The notes: a model not told the origin generated them from the letters alone. Shown: positions 10,518 to 19,868, counted from the stretch's first letter. The stretch: 57,823 bases of DNA from Chthonomonas calidirosea (GCA_945878775.1 CAMCUQ010000001.1:1-57823), one strand, 5' to 3'. A program made the numbers and translations.

Positions 10518-10746
10518 TTCGGCTCACAATGGGATAACTCTGCCCAACTCTTAAATTACTTGGCTTCAAAAAATTCTGGCTAGAGGCATAAATCTCTAAA
10601 ACCACGCAATAAGAACAAACCTCTCAACATTATATCGTAAGTTACGCCATCGTGGCGACCTTTTCCTACTTATACGAAAGATATTCCCTGTTTTGAGCGC
10701 AGAAATTAGGCTTTTTCTTGTTCTTCGAGAATTCCCTCTCATGCAC

Positions 10747-10775
10747 TTGCATCTTAGAGGGCGATTCCGTATAAT
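10747..10775 (+). promoter_or_regulatory. Candidate sigma70-type promoter for the dinG-like operon
   Basis: TTGCAT (10747-10752), 17-nt spacer, then TATAAT (10770-10775), about 65 nt upstream of ORF start 10840 in an AT-rich intergenic region. Confidence 0.45.
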
Positions 10776-10839
10776 AGCCTTACAGAAATGCTATACAAAA
10801 GTCTCGTAGGCTTCTGATGAGGAACAAGGTTTTCACTCC

Positions 10840-12909
10840 ATGTCCATTCTATCCCGTAGAGAAAAAGAAAAACCCTCCAAGCGCAAAAAGCCCACCATGC
10901 CCGATACCCTTGAGGCGTTCTTTGGGATGGAGGGTCCTTTGGCACAACTCTTGCCGGACTACGAGCTTCGGGGAGAGCAACTCCGCGTCTCAGAAGCTAT
11001 AGAGCAGGCAATGGAGGAGGGCAAACCGTGCCTTGCAGAGGCAGGCACTGGGGTTGGAAAGACTCTTGCCTACCTCATTCCTGCGGTGCGTGCCGCCTAT
11101 AAGGGCAAGCGCACGGTTATTAGTACCCACACGATCAATCTTCAGAACCAACTCATTCAGAAGGACATCCCTCTCGTTCTCAGCCTCTTTCCCGATTCCG
11201 AGGAGCGGGTTTTTCCTATCTTGCTCAAGGGGCGTGGAAACTACCTCTGCAAACAAGAACTCGACAACGCCCACAACGATATATTTCTGATGACCGATCC
11301 CTCCTTCCATCGCGTGGAGCAGTGGGCGCGTAAAGATGAGTGCACAGGAGACTTGGGCGATCTGCCCTTCTCCTATGCCAACTGGTATGAACTCACCTCC
11401 ACGCCAGAGACCTGCCGGGGACAAGAGTGCCGATACTATAACTCCTGCTTCTACTATAAAGTACGCTTTGAAGCAATGGAGAGTAACCTTATTGTGGTCA
11501 ATCATGCGCTCTTTATGAGCGATCTTGCTCTGCGACTCTCCGACCCAAATGCGGGCATTTTGCCCAACTACGACCATGTTGTGTTCGACGAGGCGCATCA
11601 CCTAGAGGATGTAGCGACACGCACCTTTGGAACTGAATTCACCTCACGACGCATCGCGTTGCTTTTGGATCGGTTGCGCCACATGAGGGGCTTAGACCTC
11701 GATAAAACTCGCCTACAGACCATCGAAGACACCGCAAGCCGTATGTTTGTTCCTTTCCAACAGTCTCCCAAGTCCGAGTTCTATTTTGATGAGGTGCTGG
11801 AGACAGAAACCCGCTCCGCGCTGGAGAATCAAACCAGTATTACCTGCAACTCCATTTCAGAGCTCGAAAAGGATATTTTGGAGGTTGCAAAGCAAGATGA
11901 GACCCTCCGCGAACGTCTGGAGGGAATCGCTCGGCTCTGTGGACGGGCAAGGGAAGAGTTGCACCAGATATTTTTCCAACAAGATGAAAACGCAATTCGG
12001 TGGGCAGAGGTGGTTCATCAGACCCGCTCCGGCAAAAAAGAGAGCCGAATCCACCTCCACCTCACTCCTATCTCGGTGGCGAAGGTGCTTGATACGGCTC
12101 TTTGGCAACGGATGGAGGGGCGTGGGTGCGTTACCATGATCTCTGCCACACTCTCCAATTCTGGTGGGTTCTCATTTCTTCGCAAGCGATTGGGCGTGCC
12201 AGAAAATGCGATTGAGTGCGTGGAAGGCAGCCCCTTCGATTTCAAGTCTCAGGCGATGCTCTATGTGCCAGGACACCTTCCCGCTCCCGCTCCTGCCGCC
12301 GAATATGCCGAGCAAATCGTAAAAGAGATCGAACGGGTGCTTCTGCTCACCGAGGGGCGGGCTTTTCTGCTCTTTACCTCACGTGCTATGCTGAATACGG
12401 TCTATGACCAACTCAAAGACAGACTCCCTTTTCCGCTCTTTCGACAGGGTGATTTGCCTCCAAACCGACTCCTCGATAACTTTCGGGCAAGTGGGAACGG
12501 CTGTTTGCTTGGAGCGCAGACTTTTTGGGAGGGCGTGGATGTACAGGGTGAGGCTCTCTCCTGTGTGATCATAGATCGCCTTCCCTTCGCGGTTCCCGAT
12601 AGCCCCATCACCAAGGCGCGTTCTCAAGCGATAGTAGATGAAGGCGGCGACTGGTTCAATGACTATTCGGTTCCACAAGCACAGATTCGGCTTAAGCAGG
12701 GCTTTGGTCGCCTGATTCGGACACGCACGGATCACGGAATCGTTTGTATTTTGGACTCTCGCCTGATTCGGAAAGGCTACGGCGCAGAGTTCGTGCGTTA
12801 TCTTCCACAGGCATCCCGCGCCAGCAAGTGGGCAGGGGTAGAACGGTTCTGGAATCGGGATTCGGCTCCGAAACAAGCCACAACCGAGAGTGCAGAGAGT
12901 GAGGATTAG
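10840..12909 (+). CDS. dinG: ATP-dependent DNA helicase, DinG/XPD (Rad3) family
   Basis: Walker A AEAGTGVGKTLAYLIPA and DEAH box VFDEAHHLED. Cys cluster C...C..C...C (CTGD...CRGQECRYYNSC) in the position of an Fe-S domain, plus C-terminal helicase motifs (QGFGRLIRTRTDHG). The start may be the Met at 10897. Confidence 0.85.
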   Translation: MSILSRREKEKPSKRKKPTMPDTLEAFFGMEGPLAQLLPDYELRGEQLRVSEAIEQAMEEGKPCLAEAGTGVGKTLAYLIPAVRAAYKGKRTVISTHTINLQNQLIQKDIPLVLSLFPDSEERVFPILLKGRGNYLCKQELDNAHNDIFLMTDPSFHRVEQWARKDECTGDLGDLPFSYANWYELTSTPETCRGQECRYYNSCFYYKVRFEAMESNLIVVNHALFMSDLALRLSDPNAGILPNYDHVVFDEAHHLEDVATRTFGTEFTSRRIALLLDRLRHMRGLDLDKTRLQTIEDTASRMFVPFQQSPKSEFYFDEVLETETRSALENQTSITCNSISELEKDILEVAKQDETLRERLEGIARLCGRAREELHQIFFQQDENAIRWAEVVHQTRSGKKESRIHLHLTPISVAKVLDTALWQRMEGRGCVTMISATLSNSGGFSFLRKRLGVPENAIECVEGSPFDFKSQAMLYVPGHLPAPAPAAEYAEQIVKEIERVLLLTEGRAFLLFTSRAMLNTVYDQLKDRLPFPLFRQGDLPPNRLLDNFRASGNGCLLGAQTFWEGVDVQGEALSCVIIDRLPFAVPDSPITKARSQAIVDEGGDWFNDYSVPQAQIRLKQGFGRLIRTRTDHGIVCILDSRLIRKGYGAEFVRYLPQASRASKWAGVERFWNRDSAPKQATTESAESED

Positions 12910-12912
12910 AGA

Positions 12913-13338
12913 TTGGCAGAGAAACCACAAGTTTTGGTTCTTGAAGACGATATCATGTTCAGCGTGCGCCTTGAAAGTGTTCTAAAAAAGAGTGGGTATG
13001 CCCCTCTCATGGCACGCTCTTTTGAGCAGGCATTGCAACTCGCAGAGTCGACGAGTCTTGTTCTCAGCATCGTCAGTTTTGGGCGGGCACACCTGCGCCC
13101 TCTTGAGGCTGTCACACGGCTGAAAGCCCTCACAAAGACAAGCCCTGTCATCGGTTTTCTCTCGCACACACAGATTCCACAGGTACGCCCCGATGCAAAG
13201 GCGGCAGGCTGTGATCTGCTTGTCCCCAACTCCTCTATTACCATGCGCCTTCCCCAACTCATGGCGCGACTGGCTCCCCTCGACGGCGCTGTAATAGATA
13301 TGGATTCGGCACAAGTGATCGCGGAAGAAGAGGAGTAG
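12913..13338 (+). CDS. Receiver-like (CheY-fold) protein apparently lacking the phospho-acceptor Asp
   Basis: QVLVLEDD acidic beta1 end. The beta3 position reads SLVLSIVSF (Ile where Asp57 is expected) and the beta5 position reads DLLVPNS (no Lys). TTG start 4 nt after the dinG stop. Alignment is by eye. Confidence 0.5.
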   Translation: MAEKPQVLVLEDDIMFSVRLESVLKKSGYAPLMARSFEQALQLAESTSLVLSIVSFGRAHLRPLEAVTRLKALTKTSPVIGFLSHTQIPQVRPDAKAAGCDLLVPNSSITMRLPQLMARLAPLDGAVIDMDSAQVIAEEEE

Positions 13339-13421
13339 GGCTAGAAAAGTGCTTTTCATCCCCTCTTGTGAGGAGGATTTTGCGCGTTACTTCCCGTAAT
13401 TTGCGTTGGAGGAGACAGAGA

Positions 13422-14180
13422 ATGAAATTAGCAGGGCAGGTTGCCATCGTAACAGGGGGAGGAACCGGTATTGGTCGTTCCTGTTGTTTGGGTCTCGCAC
13501 GAGAGGGCGCAAAAGTCACCGTCAACTATTCCCGCCGTCAAGAACAGGCAGAAGAGGTCGTGCGCGAAATTGAGGCGTTGGGGGGCAGTGCACTCGCCAT
13601 TCGTGCCGATGTGAGCAAAGATGCGGAAGCCCGCTCTCTCATTGATCAGACCGTAGCGCAATGGGGGAGATTGGATATTCTAATCAATAATGCGGGTTGG
13701 ACACAACGGACTCCCCACCATGAACTAGAACTCCTCTCGGAAGAGATGCTCGACCGCACCCTTGCCGTAAACACCAAAGGACCCCTCTACTGTTGTCGTG
13801 CCGCTATCCCTTTCATGCAAAAACAAGGTGAGGGATACATCGTCAATGTCACCTCAGTGGCGGGATTCTTGGGGGTGGGAAGCTCGATCATCTACGCAGG
13901 CTCCAAAGCTGCCCTCTCCACCATCACCAAATCTCTGGCGCGTGCCTTTGCTCCCACTATTCGGGTGAATGCGGTTGCACCCGGGTTCGTGGATACAGGT
14001 TTTGCCGACTGGCCCCGCGAGGCAATCGCTATTGCGGAAAAAGAGAGTCACTTGGGGAGATTGGTGACGGTAGAGGATGTCGCCTCCACCATTCTTTTTC
14101 TCGTTACCGACGGGCGTGGACTCACCGGAGAAGAGATTCTTGTCGATGGAGGCATGGTGACTCTTGGAAACCGGCGTTAA
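13422..14180 (+). CDS. SDR family oxidoreductase (FabG-like)
   Basis: VAIVTGGGTGIGRS Rossmann motif, NNAG, and S...YAGSKAA catalytic motif. ATG 13422 is preceded by GGAGGA. The ORF is open from 13368. Confidence 0.85.
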   Translation: MKLAGQVAIVTGGGTGIGRSCCLGLAREGAKVTVNYSRRQEQAEEVVREIEALGGSALAIRADVSKDAEARSLIDQTVAQWGRLDILINNAGWTQRTPHHELELLSEEMLDRTLAVNTKGPLYCCRAAIPFMQKQGEGYIVNVTSVAGFLGVGSSIIYAGSKAALSTITKSLARAFAPTIRVNAVAPGFVDTGFADWPREAIAIAEKESHLGRLVTVEDVASTILFLVTDGRGLTGEEILVDGGMVTLGNRR

Positions 14181-14190
14181 GGAGTAGGCT

Positions 14191-15006
14191 GTGCCTTTTA
14201 CCCTGAACTACCATATTCACCATCACTTTCTGCCAGACCGTAGCTATGAGATTCAGGCGACGGAGGCAGAGGTCAATATGCTTGTGGAGCAGGGGTATGT
14301 GATCTATGAACGCCTCTTCTCCCCAGAACAGACGGCACGACTGCGAGAGGCTCTCGATAGCGTTGCCGAGGAGGAGGGGCATGAGATACGTTCTGGTAAA
14401 AACTGGGGCGGAATCTTTCTGCGCCACTTGATGGACAAACACCCTGCGTTTTTGGAACTGTTTCGCTTTGAGCCGGGTCTCTCGTTGGCACGGGCGGTTC
14501 TGGGTCCTCAAGTGCAGGTTCTCCCCATGACGGGGCGAATCGCCTATCCCGATACCGAAGGGCAAGCGACTCCTTGGCATATCCATCAAAGGGTTGTTCC
14601 CTCCCCTACACCCGCATTTTTCAGTATGCCACACGTCCTAGATTGCCTGATCTATTTGGATGATGTGGATGATGCCAGTGGACCGCTTTGCGTGGTTCCC
14701 GGCTCACATAAACGCATCCATGAGGAATTTCCCACCTCTCCCTACCATGAAAACCTTCCCGATCAGGTGATTGTGCGCGTTCCGGCAGGGAGTTGTGTTG
14801 TGATTCATGGGAACCTCTATCATCGGGGATTACCCACAACCCCTCAAGGCAAAACTCGACGCCTCTTGATTCTGCCCTATGCTGCCTCATGGGTCAAACT
14901 GCCTACCTTTGGCGAACGCCCTGAGAAGGGGCTAATGGAACCACTCTATGAGAACCCCGATCAGGAGACGCGAGAGATGCTTGGTATGCCCGAAGGACTC
15001 TATTAG
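14191..15006 (+). CDS. Phytanoyl-CoA dioxygenase (PhyH) family Fe(II)/2OG oxygenase
   Basis: LIYLDDVDDASGPLCVVPGSHK and GSCVVIHGNLYHRG resemble the PhyH family signature. GTG start. Confidence 0.65.
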   Translation: MPFTLNYHIHHHFLPDRSYEIQATEAEVNMLVEQGYVIYERLFSPEQTARLREALDSVAEEEGHEIRSGKNWGGIFLRHLMDKHPAFLELFRFEPGLSLARAVLGPQVQVLPMTGRIAYPDTEGQATPWHIHQRVVPSPTPAFFSMPHVLDCLIYLDDVDDASGPLCVVPGSHKRIHEEFPTSPYHENLPDQVIVRVPAGSCVVIHGNLYHRGLPTTPQGKTRRLLILPYAASWVKLPTFGERPEKGLMEPLYENPDQETREMLGMPEGLY

Positions 15007-15027
15007 CCTTATGAAGGAGAACTCTCC

Positions 15028-15915
15028 ATGTTACTCAGTTTAGTCTGCGCTCTGCTCTTTTCCCCGGAAATACACGAACATCCTGGCGGTAAGATTCTGC
15101 CTTCCGAGAAGTATATCCATGTCATCAGTGAAACCGAATCCCCGGTTGAGCGGGTCTCGATTAAAGGAAAAGACGGGCAAGCGATTCCTGCCGCCATTCG
15201 GAAACCCAAAGGCAAGGGACCCTTTCCTGTTCTCATTCACTTTCATGGTGCGCCGGGCGGAAGGGGAATTGAGAAGCTGGTCACATGGTCTCGCGGAGAT
15301 ACAGGGGGTCCTGTGTGGGAGCGATTCCTGAAAGAGGGCTTCGTTGTTGTGACAGCAGACTACCGGGCTGCCGACTTCATCAGGTTGGCAGATCCTACTC
15401 CCCCGAACAAGGTCACCTATGTCGATGATGGTCAATCGGTGGTTGAGTATGCAAAGCAGTTATCCTATGCCGATCCGAATCAAATCACGCTCTACGGCGT
15501 TAGTTTGGGGGGTGATGTCGCCATTCATACCGCCTCACGGGTTACCATAAAGTCGCTCATCTTGGGTGCACCCGCAGCGATTCAGTTTTTGGGAATACAG
15601 TTTGGACGGAATAGCCCCGCTGGTAATATGCTCTACGATACCGAACGGGCTACAAAAAACATTCAGGGCATAAAATGTCCTGTGTTGATTATGGTGGGGA
15701 CAAGGGACTTTCTACTCAAAGCGGATCATTTGCTCCATGACCTCTTGGACAAGGGAGGGAAATCGGTGCGACTTGAGATTTTCCAGAACGGCTACCACGA
15801 TTTTGTGATGGGACCACAAGGACATGTCGGGCGCGATGAACCTCTCATGGACATCTCTCTGGCATCATTGGAGATAGCGATCAAGTTTGCGAAGGAGAAA
15901 CCCCGAGAGCATTAG
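15028..15915 (+). CDS. Alpha/beta hydrolase (S9/dienelactone hydrolase-like)
   Basis: HFHGAPGG oxyanion region, nucleophile elbow YGVSLGG, and late D...H (GYHDF). Confidence 0.7.
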   Translation: MLLSLVCALLFSPEIHEHPGGKILPSEKYIHVISETESPVERVSIKGKDGQAIPAAIRKPKGKGPFPVLIHFHGAPGGRGIEKLVTWSRGDTGGPVWERFLKEGFVVVTADYRAADFIRLADPTPPNKVTYVDDGQSVVEYAKQLSYADPNQITLYGVSLGGDVAIHTASRVTIKSLILGAPAAIQFLGIQFGRNSPAGNMLYDTERATKNIQGIKCPVLIMVGTRDFLLKADHLLHDLLDKGGKSVRLEIFQNGYHDFVMGPQGHVGRDEPLMDISLASLEIAIKFAKEKPREH

Positions 15916-15977
15916 GCTCTCTTTGTAGCAGTATCGACTCACTCGACATTCCGAAATTAGGAGAGAAAAAACCTACA

Positions 15978-17336
15978 ATGAATCTCTCACGACGCTCTCT
16001 GCTGGGAGGCGCAGTTGCCCTCAGCATCAGCACGCTTGCATCTTTAGGAGAAGCAGAAACTATGGCTACACAAGGGCAGGACACACGCCCGATTCCCACT
16101 CCCGCGCCCCGCGTTGCGCGGTTTGAAAAGCTCGCTTTTGGAATGTTTGTTCACTGGGGACTCTATTCTCAACTTGGACGGGGAGAGTGGGCAATGAATA
16201 TGCACCAGATTCCCGCCGCCAAGTACAAAGAGTTGATCAAGACCTTCACCGCAAAGGATTTCCGAGGACGCGCCCTTGCGAAGATGGCGAAAAAGGCGGG
16301 GATGAAGTATATCACCCTCACCAGTCGACACCATGAGGGGTTCAGCCTCTATGATACACGTGGACTCTCGACCTTCGATGTTATGCACTCTCCCGCTAAG
16401 CGTGACCTCATCGCCGATTTCACAGAAGGTTGTCGGGCAGAGGGGATTATTCCTATGCTCTACCACACAACGCTGGACTGGACGGAACCACGCTTTGAAA
16501 ACGATTTCCCCGCCTATCTCCAATATCTGCGGGACAGTATTGAGATTCTCTGTACCCATTATGGCGAGATTGGGGGCTTGTGGTTCGATGGAAACTGGAG
16601 CAAGCCTAATGCCGACTGGCAAGAGGATAAACTCTACGCCGTCATTCGCAAACACCAACCGGAAGCCATGATTATCAATAACACGGGCATTGGGCAGGAG
16701 GGCAGACTTGGCAATCCTGAAATCGATAGCGTTACCTTTGAGCGTGGACGCCCGCATCATCTGAATCGACATGGGCATCCCAAATATGTGACGGGTGAGA
16801 TGTGCCATACCATGAATTTCCATTGGGGGGTCGCCTCGCAGGACTTCAACTATCTCTCTCCTGCACACATCATTGAAGAGCTTAGTTTTGCCCGTCGTGC
16901 TGGCGCGAATCTGCTGATGAATGTGGGACCCACTGCGACAGGCAAAATCCCAGACTACGAGGCGGCGGCATTCGCTCGCGTGGGGGATTGGGTTCGGCTT
17001 CATGGAGGAGAGAAGGGGGTTCTTTATCAGGGTCGCCCCACCGATATTTCAGGGGAGGGTGAGGATTTTGCACTCGAAATGAACGGCGATCTCTATCTGT
17101 TCATCACCGATCTAACCGCCACAAGCAACACTATGGCGCACGGCGTCACGCATCGTGGAGCGGGTGCAAGACATTTTACAGGGGTGACACAAGCCTTCAA
17201 AGAGGCGCAATGGCTTGATAATAACGAACCCCTCAAGGTCGATTATGACTCCAGTGCAAAAAAACTGACTCTTCATGCCACCGGATACCCCTACGGAACC
17301 AACACTGTGGTTCGAGTAGCGCGTTTGAAAGCGTAA
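15978..17336 (+). CDS. Alpha-L-fucosidase (GH29), Tat/Sec signal
   Basis: MNLSRRSLLGGAVAL signal. FGMFVHWGLYSQLGRGEWAM, YITLTSRHHEGFSLYDT and GGLWFDGNW are typical GH29 motifs. Confidence 0.85.
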   Translation: MNLSRRSLLGGAVALSISTLASLGEAETMATQGQDTRPIPTPAPRVARFEKLAFGMFVHWGLYSQLGRGEWAMNMHQIPAAKYKELIKTFTAKDFRGRALAKMAKKAGMKYITLTSRHHEGFSLYDTRGLSTFDVMHSPAKRDLIADFTEGCRAEGIIPMLYHTTLDWTEPRFENDFPAYLQYLRDSIEILCTHYGEIGGLWFDGNWSKPNADWQEDKLYAVIRKHQPEAMIINNTGIGQEGRLGNPEIDSVTFERGRPHHLNRHGHPKYVTGEMCHTMNFHWGVASQDFNYLSPAHIIEELSFARRAGANLLMNVGPTATGKIPDYEAAAFARVGDWVRLHGGEKGVLYQGRPTDISGEGEDFALEMNGDLYLFITDLTATSNTMAHGVTHRGAGARHFTGVTQAFKEAQWLDNNEPLKVDYDSSAKKLTLHATGYPYGTNTVVRVARLKA

Positions 17337-17681
17337 TCTATTTCGTCAATTTTATTGGTGGGTGTCGTTGTGACTGTTAGTTCTTAGCAGTAAGAACCGT
17401 TTAACAAGTATCAGGACTGTTCTTTGTGTGGTTTCCTTTAGAATCTATCTTAACAAGTTGCTTTTCGAGATAGAAAGCCCCCAATTGGGATAGATTCTTA
17501 GGAAAAGCCCTTCCTTGTTTTGACAAATGGGTTACTATAGAGAATTCCTGACACTTCTCTTCGTGCAACCTTTCGGTTACTTCACTTTAAAATGTAAAAA
17601 TTGGAGCAAGTGAGCGGTTGTATACGATCTCTCTGCAAAGACATTTTGCGGAAATACTTTAGGTCTATAAGGAGCCTACCC

Positions 17682-17900
17682 ATGAGCATCTTTTCCAAGT
17701 ATTTCGTTTTTGGTGTCCTTCTTGCCCTTCCCATCGTCGCACATGCTTCTACCCCAGCTTGCGCCGGCACGTATCCAAGTTGCTGTCCAACATGCAAAAA
17801 GACGAATTCGTATGGCGAATGCGTCGGTAAATGCCAAGCGACCTGCTCTGGCAATCCCTTGAATACGTGTGAAAGTAATTGCCTTGATAACTGCCCATAA
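17682..17900 (+). CDS. Small secreted cysteine-rich peptide (72 aa; 22-aa signal + 50-aa mature part with 10 Cys)
   Basis: AAGGAG lies 7 nt upstream of ATG 17682. MSIFSKYFVFGVLLALPIVAHA signal with AHA cleavage-type end. Mature part is STPACAGTYPSCCPTCKKTNSYGECVGKCQATCSGNPLNTCESNCLDNCP. The track ORF is open from 17601, but the upstream part has no RBS and is not signal-like. Confidence 0.6.
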   Translation: MSIFSKYFVFGVLLALPIVAHASTPACAGTYPSCCPTCKKTNSYGECVGKCQATCSGNPLNTCESNCLDNCP

Positions 17901-17977
17901 GCGTCTTCTTCATTTTGTGGTATGCCTCGTCTGTGCAGTCTAAGACGAAGCTTGCTGCACTTTCTATTCAGCCCCTG

Positions 17978-18036
17978 CTGTCGGCTATTCTTTCTGTGTC
18001 CCCTAGGATAGCCGACAGAGACTGCTTTCAGTCTCT
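17978..18036 (+). promoter_or_regulatory. Two adjacent hairpins between the peptide gene and the downstream genes (attenuator/terminator candidate)
   Basis: CTGTCGGCTAT (17978-17988) pairs perfectly with ATAGCCGACAG (18008-18018), giving an 11-bp stem and 19-nt loop. AGAGACT (18017-18023) pairs with AGTCTCT (18030-18036), giving a 7-bp stem and 6-nt loop. There is no clear U-tract. Confidence 0.3.
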
Positions 18037-18056
18037 CTATATGAAGGACCTAGACG

Positions 18057-18578
18057 ATGAAACAACTCCTTACCCGCTACAATGCTTTTTTTAAGTGTCT
18101 CATTCCATTGACTGTGGGGTTTTGTTGTGTCCTGCTAGTGTTTGCCCTCTATAAAGCCTTGAACCCGAGTTACCCGCCGTATGTCATAGAACGGTCTAAG
18201 CTTTTACAAATGCCCTTGCCTGAGTCAAAGGAGATCGACAGTATTCATACGCAAGTAGCAAACGGAGTCCCACCCTCAGATCAACAATGGGAAAAAGTAA
18301 AAAACCTTCTTGAAAGCGATAACACACAACGACAACAATTTGGTTTGTTAATTCTTGGTGGGCTTTATAAAACAAAATACCGCCAAGACGCTATTCGTTT
18401 TGCTTCCTCTCTGGTAAACAGCCCAGCCTCCAATGTCCAAGCAACTGCTATCACCGTCCTTGCCAAAATGCACGACAGTAGGTGGAAGGAATATGCTCTA
18501 AAAAATAGAGATCACCCTGATGTTTTGCTCAGACAAAATGCGGAACGTTTGTTGGCTCGACAGGAGAGATTCCGATGA
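18057..18578 (+). CDS. Hypothetical membrane-anchored helical-repeat (HEAT-like) protein
   Basis: N-terminal TM (CLIPLTVGFCCVLLVFALY) followed by an alpha-helical repeat-like body. Its stop overlaps the next gene start (ATGA). Confidence 0.55.
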   Translation: MKQLLTRYNAFFKCLIPLTVGFCCVLLVFALYKALNPSYPPYVIERSKLLQMPLPESKEIDSIHTQVANGVPPSDQQWEKVKNLLESDNTQRQQFGLLILGGLYKTKYRQDAIRFASSLVNSPASNVQATAITVLAKMHDSRWKEYALKNRDHPDVLLRQNAERLLARQERFR

Positions 18579-19213
18579 ATAAGCACAGAGTCGTTAACGC
18601 CTTTACAATCGTAGAGTTGTTAATTGTCATATCAATAATTGCGATTGTCTATGCTTTATTGTTGCCTGTAATAAACAGTGTGCGACGCGCTTCACAAGTA
18701 AGCGTATGTGCTTCAAACCTGCGTCAATTGGGCGTGGCTATTACAATGTATGCAGCTGACTGGGATGGAGGAATGCCTTTTGCTCCCGACCCCTTGTCTA
18801 AATGGGCAACAGGAGATAGGACAGACTTTTCAGAGCCTCTCCTGTATCTTACGGGGCTTATCCCATATGATGTGCGTGCGCTACTTAAGCCCTATGGGGG
18901 TACCAATACCCTATACCGTTGTCCTTTAGACCACATTGTGCCTCCAAATGACAATCAAAAAGGCACGGATTTTGAATTGTGTGGTTCCAGCTACTGGTAT
19001 GATGATAAACATGCTCTAGCGGGCTTCAAACTGAGCAGTTATCCAGTCCCTTCAGCAAATGTTATGATGTCGGACTATGACTTTTATCATTTGGGCTTTG
19101 GAGATAACATCAATTTATTTACAGAGGGGACTACAAATCTGCTTTTTGTGGACCTTCACGTTAAGCCGTCCTCATGGCAAAAAAGAACCGAATTCTTGGA
19201 CAGTATTCCATAA
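18575..19213 (+). CDS. DUF1559-type pseudopilin (prepilin-type N-terminal cleavage/methylation domain, H-X9-DG family)
   Basis: NAFTIVELLIVISIIAIVYALLLP N-terminal pilin helix, SVCASNLRQLGVAITMYAAD, and C-terminal NLLFVDLHVKP (variant of the LF-DGHV motif). Ala rather than Gly sits at the -1 cleavage position. Confidence 0.85.
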   Translation: MNKHRVVNAFTIVELLIVISIIAIVYALLLPVINSVRRASQVSVCASNLRQLGVAITMYAADWDGGMPFAPDPLSKWATGDRTDFSEPLLYLTGLIPYDVRALLKPYGGTNTLYRCPLDHIVPPNDNQKGTDFELCGSSYWYDDKHALAGFKLSSYPVPSANVMMSDYDFYHLGFGDNINLFTEGTTNLLFVDLHVKPSSWQKRTEFLDSIP

Positions 19214-19244
19214 ATCACATTTTTTGAGACTTAGGAGATAGATC

Positions 19245-19868
19245 GTGAAGCGACTAGATGCCTTTATTGTCACACTGATCGTTTTGAACTTTCTTTGGTT
19301 TGGATGGCGTATCTATCAGGCAAACCATGCACCCTCGAAGTTGATTACATCTGTATCGCCAAAAGAGATCATTGGCAAGAGATCAAATCTCATCGGGACT
19401 TCAAACTCAGGTTATACTCTCATTGAATTTGGCGACTACCAATGCCCCCCCTGTGCGCGTATGTTTCACCAAATAGAAGAGTTTATGGAACAACATGAGG
19501 GGGCAGTACAATTTCAGTTTCGACATTACCCTCTCCCATCGCACAAATACGCTTTCCCTGCATCTATCATTGCGGAGCAAGCGCGTAGCACAGGCAATTT
19601 CCAATCTGTGCATAATCAACTTTACTCACATGATGCAAAACTCGACGAGACGGTCTTGAACGATATTGCCCTTCGTAATAAACTCAATTATTCCGCTGAA
19701 GAGGGGCTTTCACCGACAGATACAAAATCCGCAGAAATAGTTCATACTGATAAAGAAGTCGGCAACAAGATTCCCATTCAAGGAACTCCCTCTTTGTTTT
19801 TGTGTACGCCAGACCAAAAAATTTATCAGCTTGTATCTGTCGAACAAGTAAAAGATTTCATCCGGTAA
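19245..19868 (+). CDS. DsbA-family thiol:disulfide oxidoreductase, membrane-anchored
   Basis: N-terminal TM, active site FGDYQCPPCARM (CPPC), and cis-Pro region QGTPSLFLC. GTG start preceded by AGGAGA. Confidence 0.8.
   Translation: MKRLDAFIVTLIVLNFLWFGWRIYQANHAPSKLITSVSPKEIIGKRSNLIGTSNSGYTLIEFGDYQCPPCARMFHQIEEFMEQHEGAVQFQFRHYPLPSHKYAFPASIIAEQARSTGNFQSVHNQLYSHDAKLDETVLNDIALRNKLNYSAEEGLSPTDTKSAEIVHTDKEVGNKIPIQGTPSLFLCTPDQKIYQLVSVEQVKDFIR

Noticed and set aside
16044-17003. 319-aa minus-strand ORF antisense to the GH29 fucosidase
   Set aside because: It is an antisense shadow of a confidently identified gene, and its Arg/Pro/Gly-rich composition is typical of GC-rich reverse frames. The same reasoning applies to 10990-11601 (-), 12379-12930 (-), 8024-8587 (+), 8729-9361 (+), 37921-38541 (-), 45482-46069 (-), 46370-46876 (-), 47216-47932 (-), 48425-48985 (-), 30370-30942 (-) and 32035-32792 (-).
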